DNA of 64,000 nt from Schmidtea polychroa (lineage: Eukaryota). Location: NCBI GenBank assembly GCA_044892525.1, contig CM097885.1, positions 235,912,001 through 235,976,000 on the forward strand, written 5' to 3'. The notes beneath the pieces were generated by a model, which made no database searches, was not told the origin of the DNA, and saw only the letters and a program-made list of their open reading frames with translations. The translations under genes and the position numbers were made by a program. This document shows positions 24,053-33,799 of this stretch, piece after piece; the first letter of the stretch is position 1, and the number at the start of each line of letters is the position of its first letter.

Positions 24053-25276
24053 TTATACCAAAACAGTACGAGTAGATGTAATTTGAATTTCTTTTTCAAA
24101 AACTCCATATACAATTACAGAAACGGCTTCAGTAAGTGAAGATGCGAATTTAATATCTAATCGCAAATTTCCACTTTGTGGTAACTGACTTTGATGAAGA
24201 TCAAAATCTGGTGCCAATACGAATGTAAAGAATGGATACTTGCTCTTAAAATCAGACATGGTGATACCACAATTCATATTTTTATTTAGATAACCCATAT
24301 TTCTAATAATCGATTGCATATAACTTGTACTATAATCATCATTCTCAAAATCTTGACTATATTTTTCGCGATAATCACTTCCTTTACTTAAAGTTATGGA
24401 CTTGACATTAAAGTGATCAAATAAAGAAAATGATTCTGAAAACGATCCACTAAATCTTTTACTAGATTGAAATGCAACAAGTATAAAATTAGGTAATCGT
24501 CTATCTCCAAATATTTGTTCTTTATAAAAAGAGGAAGAACCAATAGGTAATGAGAAATCAACAACTTCTTTGCTTCTTAAAGGATAAATTGCATTTTTGG
24601 TAGACAGACCAATTTGATGTCCTGCCAAAACCGATGGTTCAACACGAACTCTTCTAACCATTAATTTTGCGTCTAATAATAAAATTTTCGGTTCAATTTT
24701 CGCACAAGTTAAACTAAGTGTTGGATTTGATCTTGTTAATTTAATTTGAACACTAACACCTGGTAGTAAATATTTAGGTTGATCAAAGAAATCAAATTGA
24801 AGTGGGGAACATAAAGAAAAGGATTTTGATTTTTCAATCCATGTTTTTCTCGTAAGATCTTTGTTAGTATACCCCATTCCACCTAAAGATGTTCGTTTAG
24901 TATCTCCGTCATAATTTATAAGTGTTTCAATTAATGCTTTGTGGGCAAATCTATCATTTGATCCTTCAACTTTGATTGAATTAAAAATTAATTCAACATC
25001 TTTAAAAAGGGTTTGGAAGAAGAAATTATTTGGAATTACTTCTGATTCGCCTAAATTCTCACCTAAATTATTAACAACTTTCAATTGAATATATAACAAA
25101 GTATCATTCAAATCTAAATATTCAGTCTGCGATCCATTTATGTAAAATTGAATCGAAAAAGAACCGGCATCTGTAATTGAATTTCTTGGGTATACATCTT
25201 CAAATGCTCCATGTTCAATCACTGCTTGGGGAGAAGGTCTATCAAAAAGACATAATTCTGATTTAGCACTAATCAT
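24053..25276 (-). CDS. Major capsid protein (double jelly-roll)
   Basis: Polinton MCP-like KSELCLF, YLDLNDTLLY, NNFFFQTLFKDV, QPKYLLPGV and GNLRLDIKF; 407 aa. Confidence 0.9.
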   Translation of the reverse strand: MISAKSELCLFDRPSPQAVIEHGAFEDVYPRNSITDAGSFSIQFYINGSQTEYLDLNDTLLYIQLKVVNNLGENLGESEVIPNNFFFQTLFKDVELIFNSIKVEGSNDRFAHKALIETLINYDGDTKRTSLGGMGYTNKDLTRKTWIEKSKSFSLCSPLQFDFFDQPKYLLPGVSVQIKLTRSNPTLSLTCAKIEPKILLLDAKLMVRRVRVEPSVLAGHQIGLSTKNAIYPLRSKEVVDFSLPIGSSSFYKEQIFGDRRLPNFILVAFQSSKRFSGSFSESFSLFDHFNVKSITLSKGSDYREKYSQDFENDDYSTSYMQSIIRNMGYLNKNMNCGITMSDFKSKYPFFTFVLAPDFDLHQSQLPQSGNLRLDIKFASSLTEAVSVIVYGVFEKEIQITSTRTVLV

Positions 25277-25671
25277 TTTTCAAAGATGGTACCATATCCT
25301 TTCATTCTTTTGTTTATATGTTTCTTCATAATTTTTCGGCGTTTAAGTATTCCGCCTTTTTGTTCTTTATCATTTTTAAATACATCGGATACTTTATTAA
25401 TTACTTCAGGTAAATGTTGCATCACAGCTGGTAATGATTCTTTAATTTCAGAAATTGCATTTGATTTTAAAGCAGGCAAGATATTTGCATTGTTATTTAT
25501 TACGTCATTAGCTGTTTTCATACCAAAATTTCCTATTCGTCTAAGAATTGGGAGTGCAAATCTACCTATTGTCTTCAACCAACCGGTTCCATATTGTTTA
25601 CCAACAAAATATGGTAAATCACCACCCGATTGGTTACTACTATAAAAATGTATTATGTCAGGATTACTCAT
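25273..25671 (-). CDS. Virion core protein (PZ/pVII-like) with adenain-type cleavage sites
   Basis: QSGG, QYGTGW, QKGG and MKGYG motifs, amphipathic helix, basic tail; lies next to MCP. Confidence 0.7.
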   Translation of the reverse strand: MSNPDIIHFYSSNQSGGDLPYFVGKQYGTGWLKTIGRFALPILRRIGNFGMKTANDVINNNANILPALKSNAISEIKESLPAVMQHLPEVINKVSDVFKNDKEQKGGILKRRKIMKKHINKRMKGYGTIFEK

Positions 25672-26680
25672 TTATTTTACGAAAATGTAATGTCAAGTAT
25701 GTTTTATCTTCTTTTCCAAATATATATTTTCCACTATCATCTCGTATATTGATTTCTATATTGTTTATATATGAAGACGATACAGGTAAGTACATTGGAT
25801 TCTTTTCAATTATTTGTACTAAATCATCTTTTTTATGTTTTTCCACCCAAATACATTTCAAAAGAGGGACCAATGTATCACCAACAATAATAGGTTCGAT
25901 AATATTTGTATAGATCATCAATTGTTGATTGCGTTGTAATACTTCAGGTTCTTTAAAACCAATAATAAGTTTGTCAGTATATGCTTCTTCTAATAAACCT
26001 AAACTATTGGCTAAAAATTTACTAAATTGAACTTTACTGACATCATCATCCATTACAATTTTAACGATTTTTCCTTTTTGAATATCAACAGATTTAAATG
26101 GACGAGGATAAAAGAGTGATAGTTGATCATTTATTTGTGAAAGATCTGTAATGATATTTTCTTCGAATGTATCTGTATACTCGACATCGTAATAATATTG
26201 TATAGTTAATCGAATTGTATCAAACTTTATTTTTCGATTATTTGGAGGAATAGTGATTTGGTTCAAGGCTTTTTTAAAAGTTATTTCTTTTTCTGAAAAT
26301 CCCAATTTCTGCGCTTCTTTAATACTATCGAATTCTACTTTAAAAGGAAAATATTTACAATTAATGTTCAATGTATTTCCATCAATATATATTAAATAAA
26401 ATGGAGAGTCGTGACTGATTGTATATTCATTTTTTTCTTGGTTAAAGTAAAAGTATTCATAACTTGTATGTAATACACTTTTACTATATTTGACATTTGA
26501 ATTGTTGTAAAAAGGAAAATAATTATACACAAAGGTAAAGTCCATGAGAGCTACTTCCCATTCACCATCCAAGTAAATAGGATTTTGAAATTCGACATTA
26601 AATTTACCAGCTTCATTATTTGGATGAGTCTGAGGACAACTATTAGAAGGTAAATTCACATAAAAATCTTTTTTAATCAT
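25664..26680 (-). CDS. Minor capsid protein (penton), paralog A
   Basis: FYVNLPSNS, WEVAL, YTNIIEP.IVGD..VPLL, PMYLPV, IEINIRDDSG, LTLHFRK. Confidence 0.88.
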   Translation of the reverse strand: MIKKDFYVNLPSNSCPQTHPNNEAGKFNVEFQNPIYLDGEWEVALMDFTFVYNYFPFYNNSNVKYSKSVLHTSYEYFYFNQEKNEYTISHDSPFYLIYIDGNTLNINCKYFPFKVEFDSIKEAQKLGFSEKEITFKKALNQITIPPNNRKIKFDTIRLTIQYYYDVEYTDTFEENIITDLSQINDQLSLFYPRPFKSVDIQKGKIVKIVMDDDVSKVQFSKFLANSLGLLEEAYTDKLIIGFKEPEVLQRNQQLMIYTNIIEPIIVGDTLVPLLKCIWVEKHKKDDLVQIIEKNPMYLPVSSSYINNIEINIRDDSGKYIFGKEDKTYLTLHFRKINE

Positions 26681-27698
26681 TTATTTTACGAAAATGTAAT
26701 GTCAAGTGTGTTTTTGTATCTCTACTAAATTTTATTAATTTTCCACTATCATCTCGTATATTGATTTCAATGTTGTTTATAGAAGAATTAGAAATTGGTA
26801 GATACATTGGATTCTTCATTTCTAGTTGCACAATTTCTCCTTGTTCATATTTTTTTATCCAAATAGATTTCAATAACGGAACTCTTACATCTCCAACAGT
26901 CAATGGTTCGATAATATTTGAGTAAATAAACATTTGTTGATGATGATTAAATAATTTTGGAATTTTTGTTCCAATAATTTCTTTCTCTGTAAATGTTTGT
27001 TTCTTTAATCCCAATGTTTTTGTTAAATTTTTATCAAAGGTTATTGATGAAATGTTATCAGCAAGACTTATTTTAACCAATTCATTATTTTGTATTTTTA
27101 AATCTTTAAAGGGAGACGGATTAATTGTCATTAACTGACCATGTATTTCAGATAAAGTATTGATGTATAGTTCATCTTCGAAATAATGTTCAAATTTTGT
27201 TTTTTCAACAACGCTTATAATTATACCAAATTGATCAATTGTTTTATCTTCTGTAAATTTTGGTAATTTAATTCGCAAATGATCACTATCACTAATAACC
27301 GATACTGATTTTAATCCAAATTTAATAGCATGTTCAAAATCTGGAAACGTTATTTTAAATGGAACATGTGGACAAACAACAACCAAATTCTCATATCTTT
27401 CAATGAACATGTCAACTTCAGGAGTATTTTTAGGATTTATTACTTCAAAGGTTCGATTTGAATTATTTATTCTAAAATATTTAATTTCTTCATCCATCTT
27501 TACTTTCTCATATTGTATCAATGAATTACTGTAATAAGGAAAAGTATTATACACAAAGGTAAAGTCCATGAGAGCTACTTCCCATTCACCATCCAAGTAA
27601 ATAGGATTTTGAAATTCGACATTAAATTTACTAGCTTCATTATCGGGGAAAATAAGGGGACAACTATTAGAAGGTAAAATAATATAAAAATCTTTCAT
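26673..27698 (-). CDS. Minor capsid protein (penton), paralog B
   Basis: Same terminal motifs as paralog A, with a divergent central insert. Confidence 0.88.
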   Translation of the reverse strand: MKDFYIILPSNSCPLIFPDNEASKFNVEFQNPIYLDGEWEVALMDFTFVYNTFPYYSNSLIQYEKVKMDEEIKYFRINNSNRTFEVINPKNTPEVDMFIERYENLVVVCPHVPFKITFPDFEHAIKFGLKSVSVISDSDHLRIKLPKFTEDKTIDQFGIIISVVEKTKFEHYFEDELYINTLSEIHGQLMTINPSPFKDLKIQNNELVKISLADNISSITFDKNLTKTLGLKKQTFTEKEIIGTKIPKLFNHHQQMFIYSNIIEPLTVGDVRVPLLKSIWIKKYEQGEIVQLEMKNPMYLPISNSSINNIEINIRDDSGKLIKFSRDTKTHLTLHFRKIND

Positions 27699-27703
27699 AA
27701 TAT

Positions 27704-28828
27704 TTATTTAATCAATTGATTTTCGGATATCCAAGATGGAGTTTCATATCCATGCCATTTAACATAGTATTGTTTATATTTACCATCTTTTTTGGTTTTT
27801 AAAATCTTTTGAATTCTAAATATTGTAGGAGCAGGAATTACTTGGAGTTCTTGTTCATAGAATTTACCAGTGATTGGTTTGTTTTCATGATCAACTATCA
27901 CATACATGACAGGATTCTGTTTTGTATCGATTTTTAAAATTTGATATACTTCATCACTCCAATTATTATCAAAGTTTTTGATGAATGGTGAAGAATTGAT
28001 TTTACTAATTCTTACATGATCACCAACCTTGTATTTCGGTTTATTGATTTTTTCTGACTTTGTTTGATTTTTAGTAAAATCTGCAGGTGTTTGTCCTTTT
28101 AATCCTCTGTGTGGTGAATGATTGTAACTGAAAATAATTTTTGGCAAAACATTTATCCAAGTTTTATTACCTTGATATACAAAATATTTTTTCAAGCGTT
28201 CTCTTAAAGTTCGATTAAATCGTTCTACGTGAGCAGCTTTGAACTGAGAAAATACTGAGTAATGGTTTATTCCTTTGATAACCTCTTTAACTTTGCTGTT
28301 ATAAAATTCTTTACCTAAATCATATATTTAAAAATTAATTAATTAAATTTAATTACCTAAATCCGTTTGTAAATTAATAGGTTTACCATCTGCAAACATT
28401 TCTTTTATCGCATCAGCCATTTCATTTGCAGATTTAGTTTTTGTAGGAACAGCACGAGCATATCTATTAAAAACATCTATACAAGTCAGAATATATTTGT
28501 ACCCCTTGTCAATTTTTGAATAAGGTATCATTTCCATCAAATCCATTTGCCATACATCATTGTTTCCAATTGTTTTGTATGGTCTTGTTGGAAAACGTTT
28601 CAACATTGGTTTATTTAAACTATATGCTAATTGATTAGATAACCATTTCTGAGTTTCTTTCTTTGAATTATTCACTCGTTTTGATAATTTTTCTACGCCA
28701 CCAAAACCATCTGGATCTTTTGGGTTTGTCCATATTGTTTTTAACTTTTTCTCTATTGTTTTCACTTTTTTCACTTTTGTTTTCACATTTTTCACTTTTG
28801 TGTTGGTTTTGTGATACGTTTCCTTCAT
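27704..28828 (-). CDS. Retroviral-type (rve) integrase with C-terminal chromodomain, spliced (exons 28828-28357, 28314-27704; 360 aa)
   Basis: WQMD, QTDLG|KEFYN across a 42-nt GT-AG intron and HVERFNRTL (D-D-E); chromodomain IQKIL...YYVKWHGY...SWI. Confidence 0.92.
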
Positions 28829-28898
28829 TATTACAACAAGTTGTCAAAATATTAAAATCTACAATATTTTTATTTGGTAATGAACTCTTGATACCCAT
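28668..28898 (-). CDS. Putative overprinted 76-aa protein (MG start, CC, basic/Trp tail)
   Basis: The ATG overlaps the upstream stop (TAATG), and the ORF overlaps the integrase 5' end in another frame. Confidence 0.4.
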   Translation of the reverse strand: MGIKSSLPNKNIVDFNILTTCCNNEGNVSQNQHKSEKCENKSEKSENNREKVKNNMDKPKRSRWFWWRRKIIKTSE

Positions 28899-29224
28899 TA
28901 AGAACTTAATGATGAGATTGCACTAATTGCAGATAAGACTATAGGAATTAATGCACCCAAGAACCCTCCTTTTTGTTTATATATTATCTTTCTCATTAGA
29001 CGACGATTTTTTGTATCAACTAGAGATAAAAGTGATCTTTTATGTCTTTGCAATACTAATCTTTTAGCTTTAGTTATATTTACATTACCGCGGACAACAT
29101 TTATAATAACTTCAAGTAAATCATCAATAACAAATGATGGAAAAGACTGTAAAATTGATATTCGTTTCGAATTTGGTGTCTTTATTAAAGCATTAAAATA
29201 TGGTAAACTCCGTTCAAATTTCAT
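28898..29224 (-). CDS. Conserved Polinton virion protein ending in QKGG|FLGALIP hydrophobic peptide
   Basis: LLEVIINVVRGNV...QKGGFLGALIPIV is typical of Maverick structural proteins; ATG at 29224 (MKFERS). Confidence 0.75.
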   Translation of the reverse strand: MKFERSLPYFNALIKTPNSKRISILQSFPSFVIDDLLEVIINVVRGNVNITKAKRLVLQRHKRSLLSLVDTKNRRLMRKIIYKQKGGFLGALIPIVLSAISAISSLSS

Positions 29225-29253
29225 TATTATTATTAATTTACGCGACGGATTGT

Positions 29254-29406
29254 TTATAATTTGATCCACTTCTTGATTTGTTTCTTAGTTTTTGTACTTT
29301 TTGTACTTTTTGATCCACTTTTTGTTTTCTTTGTACGTTTTGTTTTCTTGGTAATTTTCTTCGAAACACTTGGAAGATTTTTAACAACTACTTTTTTAAA
29401 TGACAT
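29254..29406 (-). CDS. 50-aa Lys/Thr/Ser-rich basic protein
   Basis: MSFKKVVVKNLPSVSKKITKKTKRTKKTKSGSKSTKSTKTKKQIKKWIKL*; fills the gap between ATPase and the next gene; below the ORF-track cutoff. Confidence 0.6.
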   Translation of the reverse strand: MSFKKVVVKNLPSVSKKITKKTKRTKKTKSGSKSTKSTKTKKQIKKWIKL

Positions 29407-29425
29407 GATTAATTTTATTTAGTTT

Positions 29426-30049
29426 TTAGTTTTGTTTATAAATCGTAACACCGTTTATATTAAAAATATCAGTTCTAATACGCATATCATCTGGACATTG
29501 TTGTGTAAAATCAAAAAATAAATATCCATGAGGAATTTTTGTCGCATCTTGGAATGAATCAATCAAAAATTTTCTATTATTTGGATAAGCTTGTCTTGCA
29601 AGAAAATCTATTATTGTTTGATCTCTAGGATTTTTGAAAATAATTAAATATTGGACATTTAAATTACGTGTTCTATGACTTCCACCTTGATGAAAAAGAT
29701 TTTGTGTAATGAAAATAACTGTAACTCCGCAATGTCTACTGATTTTTGTAAATAAATTATTAAAATCTTTTTCTTTATTTGCTTCCTGGTACAGATCATC
29801 GATAATAATAACATCACCTTGGCGTAATCTAGATGACCAATTTTTATCAAATCCTTTAATTATTGTCATTTTTAATTTACAGAAACTGTTTTGAGTCAAT
29901 CCATGTTCTTCATCTGCACCTCGATGCCAATATATTTTATTAAATTTAGATTTAAACATGTTTGATTGTAATAAATTACATACAAATAAAGTTTTTCCGC
30001 TTCCACTAGGTCCAACTATTTGATATACTGCGTCATTTCTTAATTCCAT
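29426..30049 (-). CDS. A32/FtsK-like DNA packaging ATPase
   Basis: Walker A GPSGSGKT, Walker B VIIIDD, FTKISRH, ITQNLF, FKNPRD. Confidence 0.95.
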   Translation of the reverse strand: MELRNDAVYQIVGPSGSGKTLFVCNLLQSNMFKSKFNKIYWHRGADEEHGLTQNSFCKLKMTIIKGFDKNWSSRLRQGDVIIIDDLYQEANKEKDFNNLFTKISRHCGVTVIFITQNLFHQGGSHRTRNLNVQYLIIFKNPRDQTIIDFLARQAYPNNRKFLIDSFQDATKIPHGYLFFDFTQQCPDDMRIRTDIFNINGVTIYKQN

Positions 30050-30099
30050 TTTTTAATTAAATTATTTTATTTAATTTGTTTATAATTACAATAATTAGA

Positions 30100-30576
30100 A
30101 TGATCAGCAACATTAATTATAGAGGAAGATGTGTAGTTAATGGAATGAAGTTTCCATCAGGAAAACCTCAACATGTCGTGGACAGAAGTGGAAAATATCC
30201 AATTTTATTCTTCAAGAGCGGGAAATGTAGGATAATGGGATGTAAGAAACCATTACAGGAAGGCGATCTCAAATATCACATTCAAGATTTACAAATCCAA
30301 TCAATTACATTAACGCTAGATATGGGTACATGCATTGATTTAAATGCATTGTCAAGGAAAACCGATAGTTACTACGAGCCTGAAATATTTCCAGCTTTAC
30401 GTATTCTCAAGTATAACCCCCTATGTGTAAATGTTTTTTCAAGTGGGAAAGTTGTTATATTAGGGATTAAAACATTTGATTATTTTAATCAAATTCAAGA
30501 AATTCAGAAATTCATTAAATCATTAACTATAAATATCACAACAAATGAAGAAATATTGGAATATTTATTAAGTTAA
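30100..30576 (+). CDS. TATA-binding-protein-like protein (158 aa) encoded inside Polinton 1
   Basis: Two TBP-like repeats: ISNINY...ILFFKSGKCRIMG and IQSITLTLD...IDL..L...YEPEIFPAL...VNVFSSGKVVILG (cf. TBP YEPELFPGL...LIFVSGKVVLTG). Confidence 0.85.
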   Translation: MISNINYRGRCVVNGMKFPSGKPQHVVDRSGKYPILFFKSGKCRIMGCKKPLQEGDLKYHIQDLQIQSITLTLDMGTCIDLNALSRKTDSYYEPEIFPALRILKYNPLCVNVFSSGKVVILGIKTFDYFNQIQEIQKFIKSLTINITTNEEILEYLLS

Positions 30577-30639
30577 TTAAATTAATTTAATTAATTGTGT
30601 TTAAATTAACTGAATATCTACAATAACAAAAATTCAAAA

Positions 30640-30987
30640 ATGGATGACGATAAGCAAGCTTACATATTCCAGACTATATTAACGAAGATGGAAGAATTGT
30701 TCCCGAATATAAAGAACAGACTTTCATATTGTGCTCCGGAATTATTAGCTTATAGAATCAAGCAATTAACAGGGATCAATATAGAAGAACTTATACGAAG
30801 ACATTTCGAATCTGTACAAGAATCAAGATTTAAATGCATAGACGATTGTGAAGTATGTATGGATCTGATGAAATTACCATGTCCGTTTAGATGTAGATGC
30901 TGCCAAGAATATAAGATGAAAGAAGTTGTTCATATTTTACTAGCAGAATTAAGAAGAGCTTATTACAAGCAAATATTGGATGAATAA
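30640..30987 (+). CDS. 115-aa Cys-rich hypothetical protein
   Basis: AAAAATG start; CIDDCEVC...CPFRCRCC cluster; the stop overlaps AATAAA in the TIR. Confidence 0.7.
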   Translation: MDDDKQAYIFQTILTKMEELFPNIKNRLSYCAPELLAYRIKQLTGINIEELIRRHFESVQESRFKCIDDCEVCMDLMKLPCPFRCRCCQEYKMKEVVHILLAELRRAYYKQILDE

Positions 30988-32682
30988 ATTTTATATCTTT
31001 ACATTTGTTAATTGTTTGTGTTTTATGTGTCTAGTTCATTTTTATGTATTTGGTTGATATATTATTACTATTTTTATTATTCCATTAAAATTTTCATTTG
31101 ACTTTGAAAAATATTTCATTGAAATTATCTTAAAATTTTCCATTAAAAATTACTTAAAAAAAATTATTCTATAAAAATTTCCATTAAAAATTACTTAAAA
31201 AAAATTATTCCATAAAAATTTCCATTAAAAAATTTCAATTCTCAAACACCTTCAACTTTTTGTTAATAAATTTTAAAATCTTACTTTAATTTACTTATTA
31301 CATTACATTAATTTACTTATTTAAAAATTATTACTTTAATTTACTTATTTAAAAATTATTACTTATTTAAAATTTTTTACCATTGATTACTTAATTTTAA
31401 ATTTAGACCTTAATTAACTTTAATTTAATTTTTTAGAACCATAATTTACTTTAATTTAAAAATTTGGACCATAATTTACTTTAATTTAAAAATTTGAGCC
31501 ATAATTTACTGTAATTTAATTTTTTAGAACCATAATTTACTGTAATTCAATTTTTAGAACCATTATTTACTGTAATTGAAAAATTTTGACCATAATTTAC
31601 TTTAATTTAATTTTTTTAGGACCATAATTTACTATAATTTAATTTTTAGAACCATAATTTACTTTAATTTTAAAATTTGGACCATAATTTACTGTAATTT
31701 AATTTTTAGAACCATTATTTACTTTAATTGAAAAATTTACCACGTTTTTAGTGTAGACCACCTATTTCTCAGGACCAAGGAGACTCACCTCACTATAGTG
31801 TGAAAAATCCTTGGCTTTTTTAGTGTAGACCAGCTTTTTGTATTGAAAATATCCTGAGACCTTAAATTACCATGCTTTTTTAGTGTAGACCAGCTTTTTG
31901 TATTGAAAATATCCTGAGACCTTAAATTACCACGTTTTTTAGTGTAGACCACCTATTTCTCAGGACCAAGGAGACTCACCTCACTATAGTGTGAAAAATC
32001 CTTGGCTTTTTTAGTGTAGACCAGCTTTTGTATTGAAAATATCCTGAGACCTTAAATTACCATGCTTTTTTAGTGGTAGTCGGATTTTTGTATTGAAAAT
32101 ATCCTGAGACCTTAAATTACCACGTTTTTTAGTGTAGACCACCTATTTCTCAGGACCAAGGAGACCCACCTCACTATAGTCTGAAAAATTCTATGCTTTT
32201 TTAGTGAGACCGCCTTTTTGTATTGAAAAAAATTTTTTGTATTGAAAATCCCAGGACCATCGTTTTTGTATTGAAAAAATTTTTTTGTATTGAAAATCCC
32301 CGGACCATCGAGACCCCCTCACTATAGTATGAAAATTCCATGCTTTTTTATTGAAGACCGCCTTTTTGTATTGAAAAAATTTTTTTGTATTGAAAATCCC
32401 AGGACCATCGAGACCCCCTCACTATAGTGTGAAAATTCCATGCTTTTTTAGTGGTAGTCGGATTTTGTATTGAAAAAATTTTTTTGTATAGAAAATCCCA
32501 GGACCATCGAGACCCCCTCACTATAGTCTGATAAAAAAAAAATTTGGACCAAAAATCCCTGAAAGCAAAAAATGTGAGTTGCAACAATTGCGTAATAAAA
32601 AGTTGCAACAAAAAAAAAGTTGCAACAACCCCCCCCCCCCCGGGGGGGGGTAATTGTTGCGGTAAGCCACTATCTACCTACT
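30981..32682 (-). repeat. Right TIR of Polinton 1 (~1.7 kb)
   Basis: Inverted copy of 15864-17422. Confidence 0.9.
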
Positions 32683-33799
32683 GTAACAATATAAATTACC
32701 AAACTGAACGACTAGAAATGTGGATCGTGCCGCTGATGACTGCCGCAACTGAGGAAGAAGCAAGCATTTCGAAAACAAAGTTCGATGCTAGTGCTTCTTT
32801 CTCAGCGAGGTTGCATACAGTGGCAATTTCATAAATAATTACTTATAAATTTAAATCCTAAATAAATATAAAAATTTGAATTCACCGCTTTGGGGTGATA
32901 AGTAAATGACTGTTACGTCATCATTTAAAACAAATATTTAATAATGTAACTTAATTTATTACTTTAATTTATTATAAAATTTTAATTTTTCCGATGGAAT
33001 ATTAGTTTTAGGCTAAATTAGTATAAGATTAAAATTTAGACTAGTTGCAAATTTTCGTGGAATGGTGTGATAAGGCGGTCTAAGTAGCTTGTCAGGATAG
33101 GTTGACGGAGTGGACCAGACGCGATGAGCATTTAAACCATAATTAAGTAGGGCAATGAACAACTTTAGGTAACGAATCTCATTTAGATGTCAGACGCAAG
33201 GAGATCCAACGAAGACGGAAAAGTTGACCCATCTTCAGGGAAGGTAGGACAGATTGACCCATGAATAATGATGATTTATACGAATGGTGAGGTGAGCTGA
33301 CATCGTGGAAGAATACAAGACACGTTAACAGGTTATCGGGAGCACTATCCGACGACAGGGACCATGTAAAGCGGACATAAACCTTCTAACGGTAGTCCGT
33401 GAACCCAAAGGAGTGCTCGACAATTACAGTGCAAGTAGTGCGCTCACTTTTTGCGAGCACTCACCCTCTTGATACAGTACCAACGTTGATCGCTCAACGG
33501 GTATCAAGCGGTAAACAATGTTGTATCTTGGGTTACGCTGGTAACAGCACTAAAGAGCAAAATATTTGATCATCAGTAACCCACCATTATTCTCCAAAAT
33601 TGCCGCTCTCGGGTTTTCTTCATCGCTCCAGTTATCCGTTGGTTCGGACTTCCTATTAGCTCGGGTTTTCCATTAGCCAATTAATTAATTAATAGTTTGT
33701 GTTTTTCCATATTTACCTGGTTTCCGACCCTTTTTAAATATTTTCGAACAATTTCTTGCCCACTGTCTTCTTCATCATTCCCTACTCTACACTTCTCAC

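Larger units (their letters stand above)
15864..32682. mobile_element. Polinton/Maverick (adintovirus-like) element 1, full length, 16.8 kb
   Basis: Termini AGTAGGTAGATAGTGGC...GCCACTATCTACCTACT; 6-bp TSD GTAACA (15858-15863, 32683-32688); pPolB, rve integrase, ATPase, adenain, MCP and mCP genes. Confidence 0.98.

Noticed and set aside
27704..28828. Integrase as a broken pseudogene
   Set aside because: A canonical 42-nt intron restores the frame and the QTDLGKEF motif.
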